A DNA stretch of 64,000 nucleotides from Phoronis australis (Eukaryota; Animalia; Phoronida). The translations under genes and the position numbers were made by a program. This document shows positions 13,001 to 28,000 of this stretch, piece by piece (position 1 is the stretch's first letter; every line of letters begins with the position of its first letter). The stretch is taken from contig NMRA01000564.1 in assembly GCA_002633005.1 (NCBI GenBank), positions 1 through 64,000 of the forward strand. The letters run 5' to 3'. The notes under the pieces were generated by a model. The model had not been told where the DNA came from. It was given only the letters and a program-made list of their open reading frames with translations, and did no database searches.

Positions 13001-16000
13001 TGCAATACTGGAGTACATTGCGGGTTACGAAGATGAGTTTCCAGTTCATTTCGAACCTGATGACATCAAGGCCGGGATCGAATATTTTTATTAGAAATCG
13101 AAACAGAATTAGATTAGAATCATTTGTCCATTCTTCTAGACTGGCTTGTGTGGAAAAATAGCGTGTACTCGATGACCCCAGCATTAAGGCTACAAGTCTG
13201 AGTCGGACTCGTGTTTTATTCGAGTTTGTAGCACGAAAAGAGGAGTCGTCAGCTACAAACTCGTCATGAAACCATTATACAAGAACCAATGTGTACTCGA
13301 GCACACACCAATAGCTGCTTATCTTGAGTAGGCACAAAATAGTACAGTAAAATATAGCTATGTGCTTTAAAACGGAATGTTTCCAATGTTTATCCAATAT
13401 TCACGCCTTTTATTTCACCCAGAATGTAACTGACTCCACATGTAGTGTGAAATATAATGCCTTAGTCGAGTTTTAAAAAATCAAGGTGCTTCTGTAATAG
13501 GAGCACCGCATTCACCTCATTGCGGAATTTAAGGGTAAGCTTTTTTCGGGGGCATTTAATTGGATAAAGGGTATCGTTTCGCATATATGCGTATGCGCTA
13601 TTATGTTGAACAATACGATAATAGTCATGGTTTTTCAAACACACGTCAAGTTATTGGGTGCACGATATATCACAACAGGCACTTTAAGGTCATACAGTCT
13701 CTTTTCGCATTCCAGTGTTCGATTTTGAATGCTTGCACCCGCTTGACCCAAATGGGGTTGGCTATTCAGGCTCAGAATCTAAGCTTCCGGCTACACGAGG
13801 CTTGCAAGAAGCTACATGTATCAATTGGTATGCGGCTGACCAAGACGATGAAGTAGGGTCTGTCCACTCATACGCGAAAAGAGTAGGAGGAAGACACAAC
13901 TACTGTCGAAATCCTAACTTTGAACGTCTACCGTGGTGTTACTATGGCGACGAGGGAGGTTTCCGGTCGTGCTCCATTCCCGTTTGTTCGTGTAAGTGAG
14001 ACACGTTTTTCATTCGGCCTCAATAATGAGGATATTGCAGACTTTTCAAATTTTGGAGTCTCTCAAGTGGAGTTACACTCATGCTATCAATTTCCAAAAC
14101 ACCGAACGGATTCTCTGACATACGTGTCCGAAATTTACATACTCCACAAAAGACCTTGGTTCAGCCAAAGGCATTGACACTTCGCGAATACTAAGAGGTT
14201 GTGGTAAGTGGCATGTAATTTTGGTTGGCAAATTTATGGGAGACCGAATGCTTCAAAGGCAGTAAACTAGCGGCACCGTCCGTAAAATGAAGGAAGTAAG
14301 AATTGGTGAAATGTGTAGGCCTATTGTTGAAACGAGATGTGGCAGAGAGAGCAAACGGAGACGCAAAATTGAACGGACGTTTTACCCGCCACAAAAATGT
14401 CAAGACATTGATGATTTAAATTACACAGATGTAGGCACGCCTGCTGAAGTCCTATTGAGACGCATTTCTTATTGCAATCAGCCCGATCAACGCTATTCTG
14501 GAGCAGAAGAAAATACTGGCAATGTTGTTATTCTGTTGTGCAGTAGAAATTTCTAAGACACTATGGTTATTGTTTGAAACGGACGATTAACGCAAATATG
14601 CGCATGCAGTCTCGTCCGCACCAGTGTCACGTAGAGAGGGAGAGAGAGGGATAGATAGAGAGAGAAGTTGCAGCATTATGACGCTGCGAAGGAACGTTGT
14701 TTCAGTTAAGTTGTTGAAAATGATTAGCGCTGTGGCACTTGGCAACTACAAAGCTGCGGCGTGTGCTTTAAACTGAGAAATTGCTACATCACTTTTTAAA
14801 ACTTCTCAGATGGACCTACCGATGTCATTGTGACTGCTGAGGTTGGAAAACTGCAAAGACGAGGAAGTTCATTGTTCTACCTTATCCAGGAAGGTCTGAC
14901 TGCTGCTTTGGCGTGTACCACTCCGTGCACTTACCCGAAAAAGCCAGTTGTACGCTGGCGTTCAAATCCATCATCGGGTCTAAGTGCAGAGAAACCAACA
15001 TATACACAGTGCCAGGATTTTGGCGGCGCCACTTCTCGTCGTTTGCAATTCACCGCAACTGCTCGACATAATGGTGACATACTTTCGTGCGAAGGCAAAA
15101 ACTTGAACCATGCTTACGTCTCGGCTCAAAGCCAAGTAAAAGTCATTGTCGTGTGTAAGTACATAAATTTGCGCAGTTAAGAGCACTCCGACAAGGGCCA
15201 ACTTACGTATTATATGAGCCTTAATAAATGATTTTTGTCAATTTCCATCTTTTTGAAGTGCATCTAAGTTGATATTGCCTATGAGAACTATATTTGCCTG
15301 TTGTTACCATTTTAATTGTGAAGAATAACAAACAAAAAATCCCAGTCACAAAAAACAAAAAAACAAATATTCCAATCACTAAAGTGTCGACTATCCTAAA
15401 TACGGTACAAGCCGAGTCTGGAGAAACAAATATTAGAGGCGAAAGATTGTGTTGTCACGTAATATAATACTCGCAGTCAGGGAATTATGCGAAGTATGAG
15501 AAATGTGATGCCAGGGATACTTCTTTCGCCAGTAGGACCAGGGCATTTGACGGTAAAAGACCAGCTTTCCCACGGCTACCAAAACGGACAAATCGTAACC
15601 GTGGTCGAAGGCTTTACTTATACATTGATTTGCTCAACCGATTCTGTGTCTCCTGGTGGTACAGTGAAGTGGCAGGACATTGCACCGCCTGACCATACGA
15701 GCTTCGAAGTTCATGATGGGGACCACAACGCGTCGGTGTTTGTCAGCTATTTGACCTTTAAAGCCAACAGGAGCAGACATCGTCAACGTATTCGTTGTCG
15801 TTCGACTAACAGTGAAGATCCAACACTAATGGCAGAGATATCACTATCACTTGATGTTTACTGTAAGATTTCTTCACTGCATTGATAGACCGTAACAATC
15901 GCAGTCATGGCTCAACCTGCTTGAAATCTTACTTGCAATGAAGACAAAACATGAACACATAGTCCCTTCCCACAATCCTATCTTGGATTTACACAGTTAT

Positions 16001-19000
16001 TTGTGAAATTACACCTTATAAGTTACGAATGTTTTAACCTTTTTGTCATATAGCATGTTTTTTTCCAAAAAAGTGCCATGCAATTGCGGTGTAATTAAAA
16101 TGTAAGAACATACAATCAGTAGGCAATACAATGCCCGCTGAGTGGTCCTAAAAACGCTTTAAAATGTGACGAAATTTAAAGGTCCAACGTTACTAAATGA
16201 ATTTCTATTTTTATATTGTTAAGGATAATACCTCATTGTAGTCGCTATCTGGTGGATATCCAGTCGCCCATTCTCATTGTTACGCATTGCTTTTGTATTT
16301 CACTAAATTATTTCGGAGATAACAAATCTGACCGTAGCTGACCACAGATATGTTTTAAGCATATTAGATCTTGGGCAGTGTTGTAGGACTATCGTCTAAT
16401 TTCAGTGGCGATAGAAAAACTCCGTCAAAATAAACACGTGAGCTTACGGTTTTGTATGTACCTGAATGTGTGTAGCTGGACCCACCAAAGTGAAAGTGAC
16501 AAATGGAGGCGGGATAACGTATCAGCACAATCAGTCGATCACAGTGGCAGAAGGGAGTGAGCTTGTTTTCACGTGTACGTCAGATGATATCTATCCCCAT
16601 GGCAATCTAACGTGGACTGGTGGTGGACGGGTTGGAACCGTCATGAGGAACAGCACGCCAGACGGACGGAAGACTTTGTCACTGGAACTAACTGTTCAAG
16701 CATCTAGAGACTTGGGCACACTCACTTGCAAAGCTTTTGACGGCAGAAATGTGTCATTTGTTTCTGAGTCAAGCATCAAGCTAAAAATACTTTGTAAGTG
16801 TGATAAAGTTGTCACGAATCGTTCGTCACTCAGCGTAAATTGAGGTCTTTTGTGGAGAACAGCTTTCTCCCCCACGGTACATCAGTATCAGTTAGACCCG
16901 GTCAAACTAAACTGATAACGCAGCAACGGCGTTGGCACTGAAGCAACTGAATACAGCCAAAGATGTACGCGTGCTGCACAGGTCACGATTTTTCGTCCGG
17001 CAGGCAGGCAAATAGTTGTTGACCAGTCGTCGATCGGTCGGAGAAACAGCAGGCCGGTAGCAGTCCGCAGAGACAATCGCAGCGCCGACAACAATGCAGG
17101 CTGTAGAACATTTCCTTTAAAAAAACAACTGTTGACGTGCCACATCTGTTGCCTGTGTTTTTTGTATTTCATCGGAACTGACTGTATTAACGAAACGTTG
17201 CATTATTGCATGCGCAACTATAACCCTCAGCATGTGGTGATGATTTGTCACTTGTCTTCCATCGAAATTATGGGGAGCCCAGCTAATGACTCTTACTGGA
17301 CCGTTGGTTATCTAGTCCGAGTCGGCTGGCAGACAGGTCAAACAAAGACGCGTGACCCATGTTGAACCCATAAGAAATGGCGTAATAACACATACCGTAT
17401 GTATATATATATATATATTTCAAAATATATACCACCTTAAAAAAGATGAAGTGTAGTTGCTGTTTACTTCTAGTTCATCTGTACCTTTCTATTTCTTATC
17501 GAGTTTGCAGACCATTAGCAATGTTTGGATTGGTCCAAGCATGACAATGATGTGCGAGCTGGTAATGGCAACGTTATCCTAAATTCCTTTTACTCCAACA
17601 CATATGAAATGCGACCTGTCTTCTTTTCCGCTAGACGGACCTTTGTCGCTTACCATAGCTGACCAAAGTGGTGCACCTCTACCTAATACCTATACAGTTA
17701 TAAGTGGTCAACAAATCACTCTCCATTGCCTTACCGACTCCGTCTCGGACACCGGCGCTGTGTACTGGGAGAATGTTCCTGCTCAGCAAGTTACCAGACG
17801 AAAAGCCCTGGGAATCGGCAATGTGTTCTATAGGGTTGCTATTTTTACTCCAACGAGAGGAATGAACAAAGCTGTGTGCCGCTGTAGAGCACGAAACGTA
17901 GACGCTCCTCTAATAAAAGCCTATAAGTCGATAAGACTGAACGTGGTCTGTAAGTACCATTTCACTATTTGACTTGAGCCCGGGATCTTGAGACGCAGCT
18001 TCTTCTTTGTAATTTTCGGTGATCATTCTTCAAACGACTGCCTAGCGAATCATAGAACTGCCTCATAATGTATGTGGGTAGTTGCATTTAATTGTTGTTT
18101 TTACGTAATGATTGTCAAGTGGATCTAATAATCATTAAGGCGATAGACGCATGTTACCCACAATCAAAACATCTCTGCTGTGATCAGCAGCCACTGACGC
18201 AAATTCTTATTTTATTATATAGATGGACCAACAAAAGTAATTATAACACCAAGCGCTGGAACGTTAACTGAAGACGTGCATGTAGTAGACAGCAAATCCG
18301 AATATCAGGTCAAGTGTGAAACGGATGACGTCAACGAGCACGCCACAGTTCTGATGACGACAAACATAGACTCTGCTCACCATGTCAGAGATCCACTGAG
18401 CGGTCAAACCACACGCACCCTCCGATTCACAACAAGTGCATGGCAAAATGGGAGGTTTATCAAGTGTTATGCTGAGAATAGTCAATACCCCAACTTTTAC
18501 GCAGAGAAGCAATTAAATTTATCGGTTACATGTAGGTACATCTAGTTGTAGTTTTAGTTAACTAAACCCGATCCTCACGAATAACTTACGCTCGAAAAGC
18601 AATCTCGTGAGCCTAATTTGTTTCATTCTTTTAATTTGTGGATCAAGAAAGTTGAACGTTAGACACCTGATTTTATTATGTGTTAAACCAAAACTTAACC
18701 AGTGCGTCATGCTTTCAGTTGGACCTACTGAGGTAATCATTGCTAACGATGGATCTTCTAGTGGCACTTTAGAACCATCGCAAGCACGTTTCACAGCTGA
18801 AGACGGAGTTAGATATCGGATCAGATGTCAGACTGACACCATTAACCCTGAGGGATCAGTGCGCTGGACATTTCGCAGGAACACAGGCTGGGAAACGGGA
18901 TCCCATCATGTCCCTGGCATTGCCGGTGGAAAAATCTACACCAGCTTTTTCCATTTTGAGGGCCATCGATCACTGAATGGAATGGTTATCGCCTGCACTG

Positions 19001-22000
19001 CAACTAACGCGAGACGCTCAAGCCTGACGGTCAGAAGAGAAATTACGGTTAACGTAGCTTGTAGGTGTGGGCATCTTATAACCGCTCTTTATTGGTGAAA
19101 TAAGAAATTACATGTATGTGGACGTTATGCACGACTAAACATATATGATCTTAACATGGAATTAATAGGTGACTTGAAATTCAAGGTGGCGCTAGTGTTG
19201 CAAGGGTCCTATCATTTGAAAGCGTGGATTAAGTTAGGCAGTTTTCAAGAAAAACTAGACGGACTTTGACAAAACACTGTCAAATTCTACCGAACTGCAG
19301 TGACGCACATCGTGTTGAAATCGGCAAAATTTCTCTTCCAGTAGAATATCACTTTCGTGGAGCTTCTGCCTGGGATGTTTTAACGTCTTTGTGTATAGCC
19401 ACTAAAGAGGTTATTGCCACGTTATTAGAGGAAATTGCAAAATTCCGGATACGTTGAAGGTGTTACGTCTAGGCGTAAAACTAAGACGATTAATGTTAAG
19501 AAAAACATTTGACAAATGGCAATTGTGATGCGTGAAGATTAAGATATGCTCACATTTTTTATTGTAATTTGTCGCTTGCGCCAATGCATTTTTCTCTTGT
19601 AGGAAGACATTTTATGTTGTAACTCAAGCAATAGAAGTAGATGCTGCTCTCTAACCGTGTGCCGATTACTTGAATCACTCCGTTTCAGATGGCCCTACCT
19701 CGGTTACGGTGTCTGACGTTGGCTTAATGAAAGGTGAAATGAACCGACGTAAAGACCAGTACACGGTGCATAAAGGCGAGATATGCCAACTAGTTTGTGA
19801 AACTGACAATGTCAATTCCATGGCAAATGTCACCTTTCAGTTAGACGGTGGCTCAGAATTACCTTCAAAAACTCTTCAAATGGAAGCATTCTTCAGCCAG
19901 TCTCTTAATTTCGTAGCTCTCTCTTCTCATAATCAACGCTCCATGACATGCGTTGCAAAGAACGCGGAAAGCAGTCGACTACAAGCGAAGAAAAGTATCA
20001 CCGTCATCGTAATTTGTAAGTGTGACAAGATGTGTTTTTAGTCACAATAACAAAGACGTCTCTTCGAATTCCCGACGTGATTGGTCTTGCAATAAATAGC
20101 GTTTAAGCCTCTAGACAAAGAACTCTGGATCTCGCTCCAAAATCCCCAGTGCATGCAGACGACATACAGTATCACCACTGGTTATGTCTGAAAACGTGCA
20201 AATTAGCTGGTTAGTTCTGCGTACTAATGGATTGTAAGGCTTTGTTTCCTATGTGGCTTATAGGAAACCAATCAAGCTTACAGAATGTGTTTATACAAAG
20301 GCCGAAGATTTCATAAACAGCCCGTAGGTGCCTCCATAGGAACGTCCATTTACCTTAAGACGGTCTGTATCCACAAGTTATAGACCATGGCGACCTTACA
20401 GACTGAATTTAGGAGTAGCAGTCATTGTAAATTGTGGCAACATCAGAGGTCACGTTTATTTGTGTTTATTTAACAGTTGGTCCCGAAGCACTGACAATTA
20501 TAGATTCGAGCTCTAAATTGAATGAGCCACTCAGTACGAGATTTACGGTGATTGACGGAAGGGGCTACACCTTGACTTGTGCGACGGACAGTGTCAATTC
20601 GCAAGCTACAATACAGTGGGAGTTCGCCGGCGGCCAAGGTCATGCGCAGGCAATGACATCCGTCATTTCCGAAAATGGCGGACGTATATTTAGAAGAAAG
20701 TTCACGTTTACAGCGCAACAATCCTTCCATAATTTGCAAGTTGTGTGCAGTGCAAGAAATGACAAGAACAGTGATTTTCAGAGGACGGCTTATGTCGCTT
20801 TGAACGTCATTTGTGAGTACATGTTGATCACAAATTCGATATAGTCTTGATGGTGTTTGTATTTAAGCCTAGGAAAATCTGTTTTGGTGTTGCCATTTGT
20901 CATTCCTGTGGCTGAGGCAAGGCATACGTAATCTCTGTTTTGGTCAAAGTACAACTTCACCAACTTATTTTCGCATTTCAAAACAGGAAGGCACTTGAAA
21001 TCATTGAGCAACAATTGAATAAAGACTTGCGACGGAAACCAAAAATTCAACACAGAAAAAAAATATCAATATGAGACAATTTGAAATGCTGAAGTACACA
21101 TACAATTCAAATCTTAGCTTAGCATGTTGCAAACATCGGTTCAAATGTCCTCTTTCTCAAGATTTACACCACACTCGATTGACCTCGTTCTTGAAATTCA
21201 CACCACACTCGAATGACCCTGTTCTAGAGTTTTACACTACTCTCGAATGTTATTGGTATGGAAGCCCAATACTACCATTTTGAAGTAAAGAAAAGCGTTT
21301 TATTATCTGGCGGCTGCCACTTAATTGAACGACATCCGAAGCATCGTTTCCGTACAAAAACTACACTACGGAAGTCGTTCAATCAATTCGTTTTATCGGG
21401 CGGCCGTCGGTTAAAAAACATTTTCTTCATTTCAAAATGGCACTACTGGGCTCCCCTGCCCGAGACTAGTTTCTTCACAACTTGTTTTCGATGCCAAGTG
21501 TTGCAAATCTTTTCGTTGCCAGCTGGCCCAGCTAGCGCCAGTCCCGGAAATTGTGTTGAAAACGGCCTCGAGGTGACCGAAAACAATATAGCCCAAATCC
21601 GCATAATTATTTGGAAGCCGCCTGTTAATAAAATATTTTCTTCACTTCAAAATGGCACTATTTGGTTTCCGTATATTGATCTGTGCCCGAGACTGGATTC
21701 TTTACAACTTGTTTTTGTTGCCAAGTAATGCCAGCCTTTTCGTTACCAGATGGCCCAGCTAGCGTCACTCTTTTGGCCAGTACCGGAAATTTCGTTGAAA
21801 ACCGCTTCGAGGTGACCGAAAACAATAAAGCCCAAATCTCGTGTACACCAGAAGGCATCAACAATCAAGCCATCATCACTTGGCTGACGGATATTTCTGC
21901 AGGAGATTTTATTTCGACGGGAGACATTTTCAAGTTCAAACCACTCAGGCATCACCTTAAAAGATATATCAAGTGCCTTGCGTTCAACAAGGACCACTCA

Positions 22001-25000
22001 AATTTTACAGCAGAAAAAACTATCACACTGGATGTAACATGTAAGTTGATTGGCAACTCTTGACAGAGATCCTGGTGACTGTTGACATTGAGGTCACTGT
22101 ATGCATATGTACTGTACTGCAAGGCTGCCGAGGTCACGTGTATTTGTTATATTTATATCTAAGAAGGAAGACAGTCATTTCATGTTAATGTGTTCTCGGT
22201 ACACGTATGCTATCATTGAAATCATAGATTATAAACAATAGATTCGCAACTCCGACATTTTCTTCCGTACTCTCCAAAATTATTTGGTTCATTTCCGGTT
22301 AGTATATTGTAACTGCAAATTCTCGCATCTATTTTACTGTCCAGAACAAAGAAAACAAAATAGCAATTTCGGCATTGAAACGCTGCTCAAAATCTTAAAA
22401 TAGTAGAAATATTGGTATCGCGAGTACTTTTAGCAATGCTACTATCACCCGACCACACAACAGCCGACCAAGATTGGCAGACGACGTACTGGCCAAAAAT
22501 AATACCAGATAATTTGGCCAGGTGTCGCTAGTGCATAATGACGTAACGTTGTATGGAAGAGCACGTACGGATTTCGTCCATTGAATGTATACGGTGTTGG
22601 CGGTCTATGTACTATAGTCTATGGTGAAATTGAGCATTTAAAAAGCATGTTACGCTACGTTGCCTTCCGTGGCAATGACAACATGACAATACCAGAGTAT
22701 ATGCATGACATGCATACGCTCATGCATTTGAACCGCAAACAAATCATAACGAATTTGCTATTTTAACAGCCCTTAAAGAGGCGTGGAACGCAAAATCTCC
22801 TCAAAGTAACTTGTAGACAATTCCTGGCGAATGTCCTCGCAATGTCTAGTACAGTGCAATTTACTTTCCCTTGTGAGAAAATGTCCAAAAAATGACAAAA
22901 TTTTTGAGATACGCGCGACGGAAAAACTTTCCAATCTCCCTCCCAATTATGATGCATGCGCGCATGTACTCACAGTCAGTTGCTTGAAGTCACTTGAGGT
23001 CAAATTTCACATACTCCATATAAGGAAAATGTGCTACGTCTATCTGTTGCCATACCAAATAAGGAGACGTGGTTCACCTTGTGGTAGAAAATTCGACGAT
23101 GTTGGGAGCAGTTGACAGTTCGTTTTTTTGAAATTTGAAGCTAAAAGAAAATATTTTGATATCAAAAGAATTTAAAGATCTTTACAAACAAACCCTAAAA
23201 ATACCTAGTGAGCAGGTTGAATTCTGTTTCAGTGGCAGAGAACCGTTTTCAATATTGCAATTATTTTAAGCTGTTTATCGCGTTCCAGGCCTCTTTAATG
23301 AGTATTTACGAGTAAGCACATCCTTTCCTTGATAGATGGTCCCACAAAGGTGATCTTATTTGAGGAAGCCAGTCAAAACCAGGACGCATACAAGGACACG
23401 ATATTGGTGGTTGATCAGCAATTTTACAAAATTAAATGCGCGACTGACGCCGTTCATCCTGCCGCTAGTGTGGAATGGACGTTTCCCGGAGACAAGGAAG
23501 TCGGTCAGGTGTGGAACGTTACCAATGCAAGCGGTGTACTATTCCACAAGAGCATCTCGTTTACTGCTAATTTGTTCCACAACGGGAAGACACTAACATG
23601 CGAGGCAGCAAACGTCAGAGATGTCCTGCTAAGTGTGAAGAAGAAGATGGCCATTGATGTCACATGTTAGTAAATGTAAATGTGCAACGAACGCCTATGT
23701 GTACAATGTTTTCCCCACACAACTTGGCGTGAATATTGACACGCTGAAAACAACTGACAGAATTCACTTATTCTGAATTACCAGAAGCTCTGGAACAGTA
23801 GGACCAATAGACGAGTAAATAAATATTGTTTCAACTTATTCACGAACGGATTCTCACAATAATTGAATGCACTCTATACCGTCAAATTTATTGCCAGGTG
23901 CTGGAATTGGTAAAAACTCTCAAAGGTGTTTTTCCAACATATGTAGTTCATGAAACTGAAAGTGCTGATAAAGCGCTGAATGAGTTGATAAATGTACTGT
24001 AAAAACAATTCATGTCACAGTTTAAAAATGTGACGGTTGTGTACTAGAATGTTAATTAAGGTACTATTTGTTTTGTCTTCGTAACAAACTTTTTTGCTCT
24101 AACTATAGATGGGCCTAAGTTTCTGGAGTTCATCGATCCTCAGGATAAACTTAAAAGCCACGGTACGTCAACAATCACAGTAGTTGATGGACAAGACATC
24201 AGCGTGGAGTGTCGCACGGATGGCGTGAACCCGGGCGCCTATGTGGAGTGGACAACTACAGATCACGTGACGCAGGATGATTCAACTAGAAATGGTTCCT
24301 TGACTGCTGCGATGGTCTATTCAAGGAAAGTCCACATTCTTGCCAGACCATCGTTAAACCTCCGAACTATTAACTACTCGTCATGGAACATTAGACATCA
24401 GCAGTTTCGCCTAGAACGTTCCTTACAGATTCGTGTTCTATGTGAGTTATTGCCATATTACGACCGTGATTTCGCTTCGCAAAAGAAAGATAGCAAAGGA
24501 AACGTCTACGAGTTCTCATGTGGCATTTTATACAACAACAGACGGTCTGGTCAGGATTGTGGCCATTTATTTAATATGCATGTTTACATCTCCATCCGAT
24601 GAGCCGTTTTCTATTAATTAGCAAAATATTAAAGCGCAAAATACTGCTGTATCGGCCAATCACGAGCATTCTCTATAAGCGAGCAGAATCTGAAAAGTTG
24701 TGCTATTAAAATGTAGCTTTGTCGAGATAAAAATGCAAGTCTGGTGTCATATGTTGGCTGAGGGAAAGAGATCATATTATGGAGATAGATTAAAAGCATC
24801 ACGAGCGTTGACATGTGAATTTGCGGAGACAGCTTACGTGTACCAGGCGTAACATTGCACTCTTTCACGATATCTAGCACTGTCGAATGTTGCATAACTT
24901 GGCTTCTCATTGGTTAAAGTAATGAGACCGATTTGATAACATTCAATCTTTCCCATTCGTTGAAATCTGCGGAGCCCCTTTCAATTTACAGTTACCGAGT

Positions 25001-28000
25001 ATGGCGACCACCTTTGACTTGATTAGTTGCATTTTATTATAACGGTTAGTAATCGAAGTAAACCGGCAAAAACAAGGGATCCTCGATACAGTGGCTTAAG
25101 CCCAAACAAGTATAGTGCATAAAGGCGTGTGCAAGTGATGGCGATGTGATAGGTATACTTCTGATCAAGGCATGCGCATTGATGCCCACACACGGAATTC
25201 CGTGTGTCGTTCATCATGTTTCCACCGGTTCATTTTTCAGTGTAGGTGGCGCTGTGTCAGAGGGTAGCATAACTTCTGCCTCCTGGCCGGAAGTTATCTG
25301 AGCGCTGCATAACTAATATCTTCTTAGAAGAATTTTGGGATTTTATGGTTTTAAGTCTGAAACATTCCGGGAGGCTCCACAGAACTGATAGCAATTCGTG
25401 CTGTTGTCGTGTGGATGTTTACCACTGGAAATTAAAATCATAAAACAATAAATGCCGATTGATACATGTATGCTCGATCATGTCAATAATTAAAACAACC
25501 AGGATAGTAATGGTGTAACGCTGTGACTCAAAGTGCTTCTCTTGGTCTTCTAACAGACTACGCACTGTTGCAGATGGTCCCGGCAATTTGACCATTTCAC
25601 ACACTGGCGGGATATTGGAAAACAGAACGTTTTACGTCACTGAAGGCGAAAGATACAGTCTCACCTGTTCCACAGATGATGTGTATCCGTCCGGAAATAT
25701 ATCCTGGATATATTCCATTGGAAATACAAGGGATCTTGGCATCGGTCACCTTAGCAACGGAGCACTAAATTATTCGTTGACCATCGACTTTGTTGCCAAC
25801 GCTAGTCAGAATGGTCTAGAACTCAGTTGTAAGGGAGTTAATAACGAAGCGAACTCGCTGAACAAAACGGAGACAATATTGTTGAATGTAACGTGTAAGT
25901 GATTCTTAATAACTGTATGGAACCCGAAAAGGTCTAACTTCCTGTGCAGACATTTAATATGTAAGGCATTTTAAAGCGTTCCTGCAATCAATTTTGCACT
26001 TTTTGATGTTTTAAAGACGTGTAATCTAATATTCAGTAACACAACATCTAAACTCACAACCCATTTTTAGCAAATAATTGAGGAATTTCAAACTTTAAAG
26101 AACAATTTAATTGATGATTTTTTTGGTTTCCCGCCCCGTGATGTCATCAGTGGAAGACGTTGATCTATTTACTGTTTATATTCAATGGTGGATAGTAGGG
26201 ATTTTGTAAGTTACAAAGACTTTGAGAGCAAGCATGATGAATAATATGAAGGCACGCATGGAGATGGGGGCTAAGACAACACTCAGACCATTATGTGAAA
26301 CAGACTTTGCGTGTTTGAGGCCGTACGAATTCAACCCTTCCGCCTCGGCATCTTCAGCGCGAGTGAAACCGAATCGAAGCATACAAAGTCTGCGGACAAT
26401 CGTGATTTCAGAGTGGTAAATAAAGCCTTTTTGTGAATAACAATTTAATTTTCTAACCAATACAGAGTTCAGAAATATATGTCTAGAACTGTAAGTCTAG
26501 GAAAAGTTTCACTCTGACTGTCACATACAGTTGAGAATAGCGGTCACTGATTTTATTTCTTCGAATGCAGAGTGCATTTCTCAGGAGTGATCATATCCAA
26601 TTATAGTGACGGTAACTGGAGTTTATTTCTGGTAAATGATACTCGTTTTTCTCTCGTCTGTTCCAAATTAATGATAGCTTTGTATCATTGTGATTTGTTG
26701 ATTATTTCGGTCCAGTGTCCCGACTCCAGCTTCTGTACCGGCTCCATTCGTGACCTCAAACTATTTGCGTGGAATGTATATCCCATTTTCTACTATTGTG
26801 CATTGACGTATATGTGGATAGCGTGCATTCTAACAAAATTTTAAAACAAGAATAGAGTAATGACATTATAATGCAGTCACATTCATTATCTCATTCACAA
26901 TTTGATGCTGAGGCCCACACTCAATATATGCCTGGCTCTGCGATCTGAGGTTCTTTTGGAAACAAAAAAACTAAATTGTCTGTCTGATTGCTATCACTGC
27001 ATCCTTCATACATGCAACTTTTCACAAAACTCATTCGAACTCAGTTTTCGAGACCACTACGATTGGTGTAGAACAACACAATGGCGGAGACCGGATCCAC
27101 TGATGACGTCACACAATTTTTTATTTTTCTTGCGTTTATTTCTTGATTAAAAGTACGCAAATTGAAAAGGAAATGCATAAGACGTATTACCAGAATTGTT
27201 CGTAACCATTATGTGAAGGATTTTATACCGTTGCCGAGAAACAGCACAATAATAATTGGGTAATTGGAATACTAGGGCTCTACATAAAGAACGGCAGCTA
27301 ATCGTTTGTAATGTTAAAAATATAACGGCTCTCGAAACACTGTATTTTCAGTCGGACCGAGTGCATTGGTTCTTTCTACATCTTCCTCGAGTTGCTTTGT
27401 CGACAGTGGCATTCTGTATATTGCTGAATACACTTCCTGTAGAATCGACTGCAGTACAACGCCATCTTGTCCGCTTGTGCTGGTCAGCTGGAACAGTTCT
27501 TCCGTTGGAGTCATCAAATCCCTAGATACCTCTCCTAAGCTGACTGAAAACTCTGGCCACGTTTATTCTCGTGTGATGGACTACCACCCACGGTCACCGA
27601 TTAAAGGCGTAACTGAGTTCGAATGCTCCGCCAACAACACAGTCAGTGGTCGTCAAGTTAGGTCAACAGTGTCGGTTCAGGTTGCGTGTAAGTTGTGTAA
27701 TATTTGGAACTGGAACTTGATTGCATTCGCAAACAGTGTTCTGTCAAAGAAACAAATTTGTAATTTAGTGAACTAACAATCATTGCCGTTCTCATGAATG
27801 TACAAGAGCTATATTTTTCTTCTTTGAACCAACAATCATAGTCGTTTTCATGAATTTACAAGAGCTACATTTTTTCTTTTTAACCTTTTCGAAAGTGAAA
27901 ATGGTCAAATTGTATAAAAAGTCAGCATTCATGTTACTGCACGTACGTATGATTCAATTATAAATGCTGGTGCTTGTCTGTACAATGACGTAGTAATGTA

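Noticed and set aside
14287-14556. ORF between kringle 2 and Ig1
   Set aside because: No convincing phase-1 splice sites or domain motif; treated as intron.
14630-14665. (GA)n tract; also (TA)n at ~17402-17418
   Set aside because: Ordinary short microsatellites.
22831-23115. ORF similar to 32899-33141
   Set aside because: The similarity comes from non-coding MITE copies, not a protein family.
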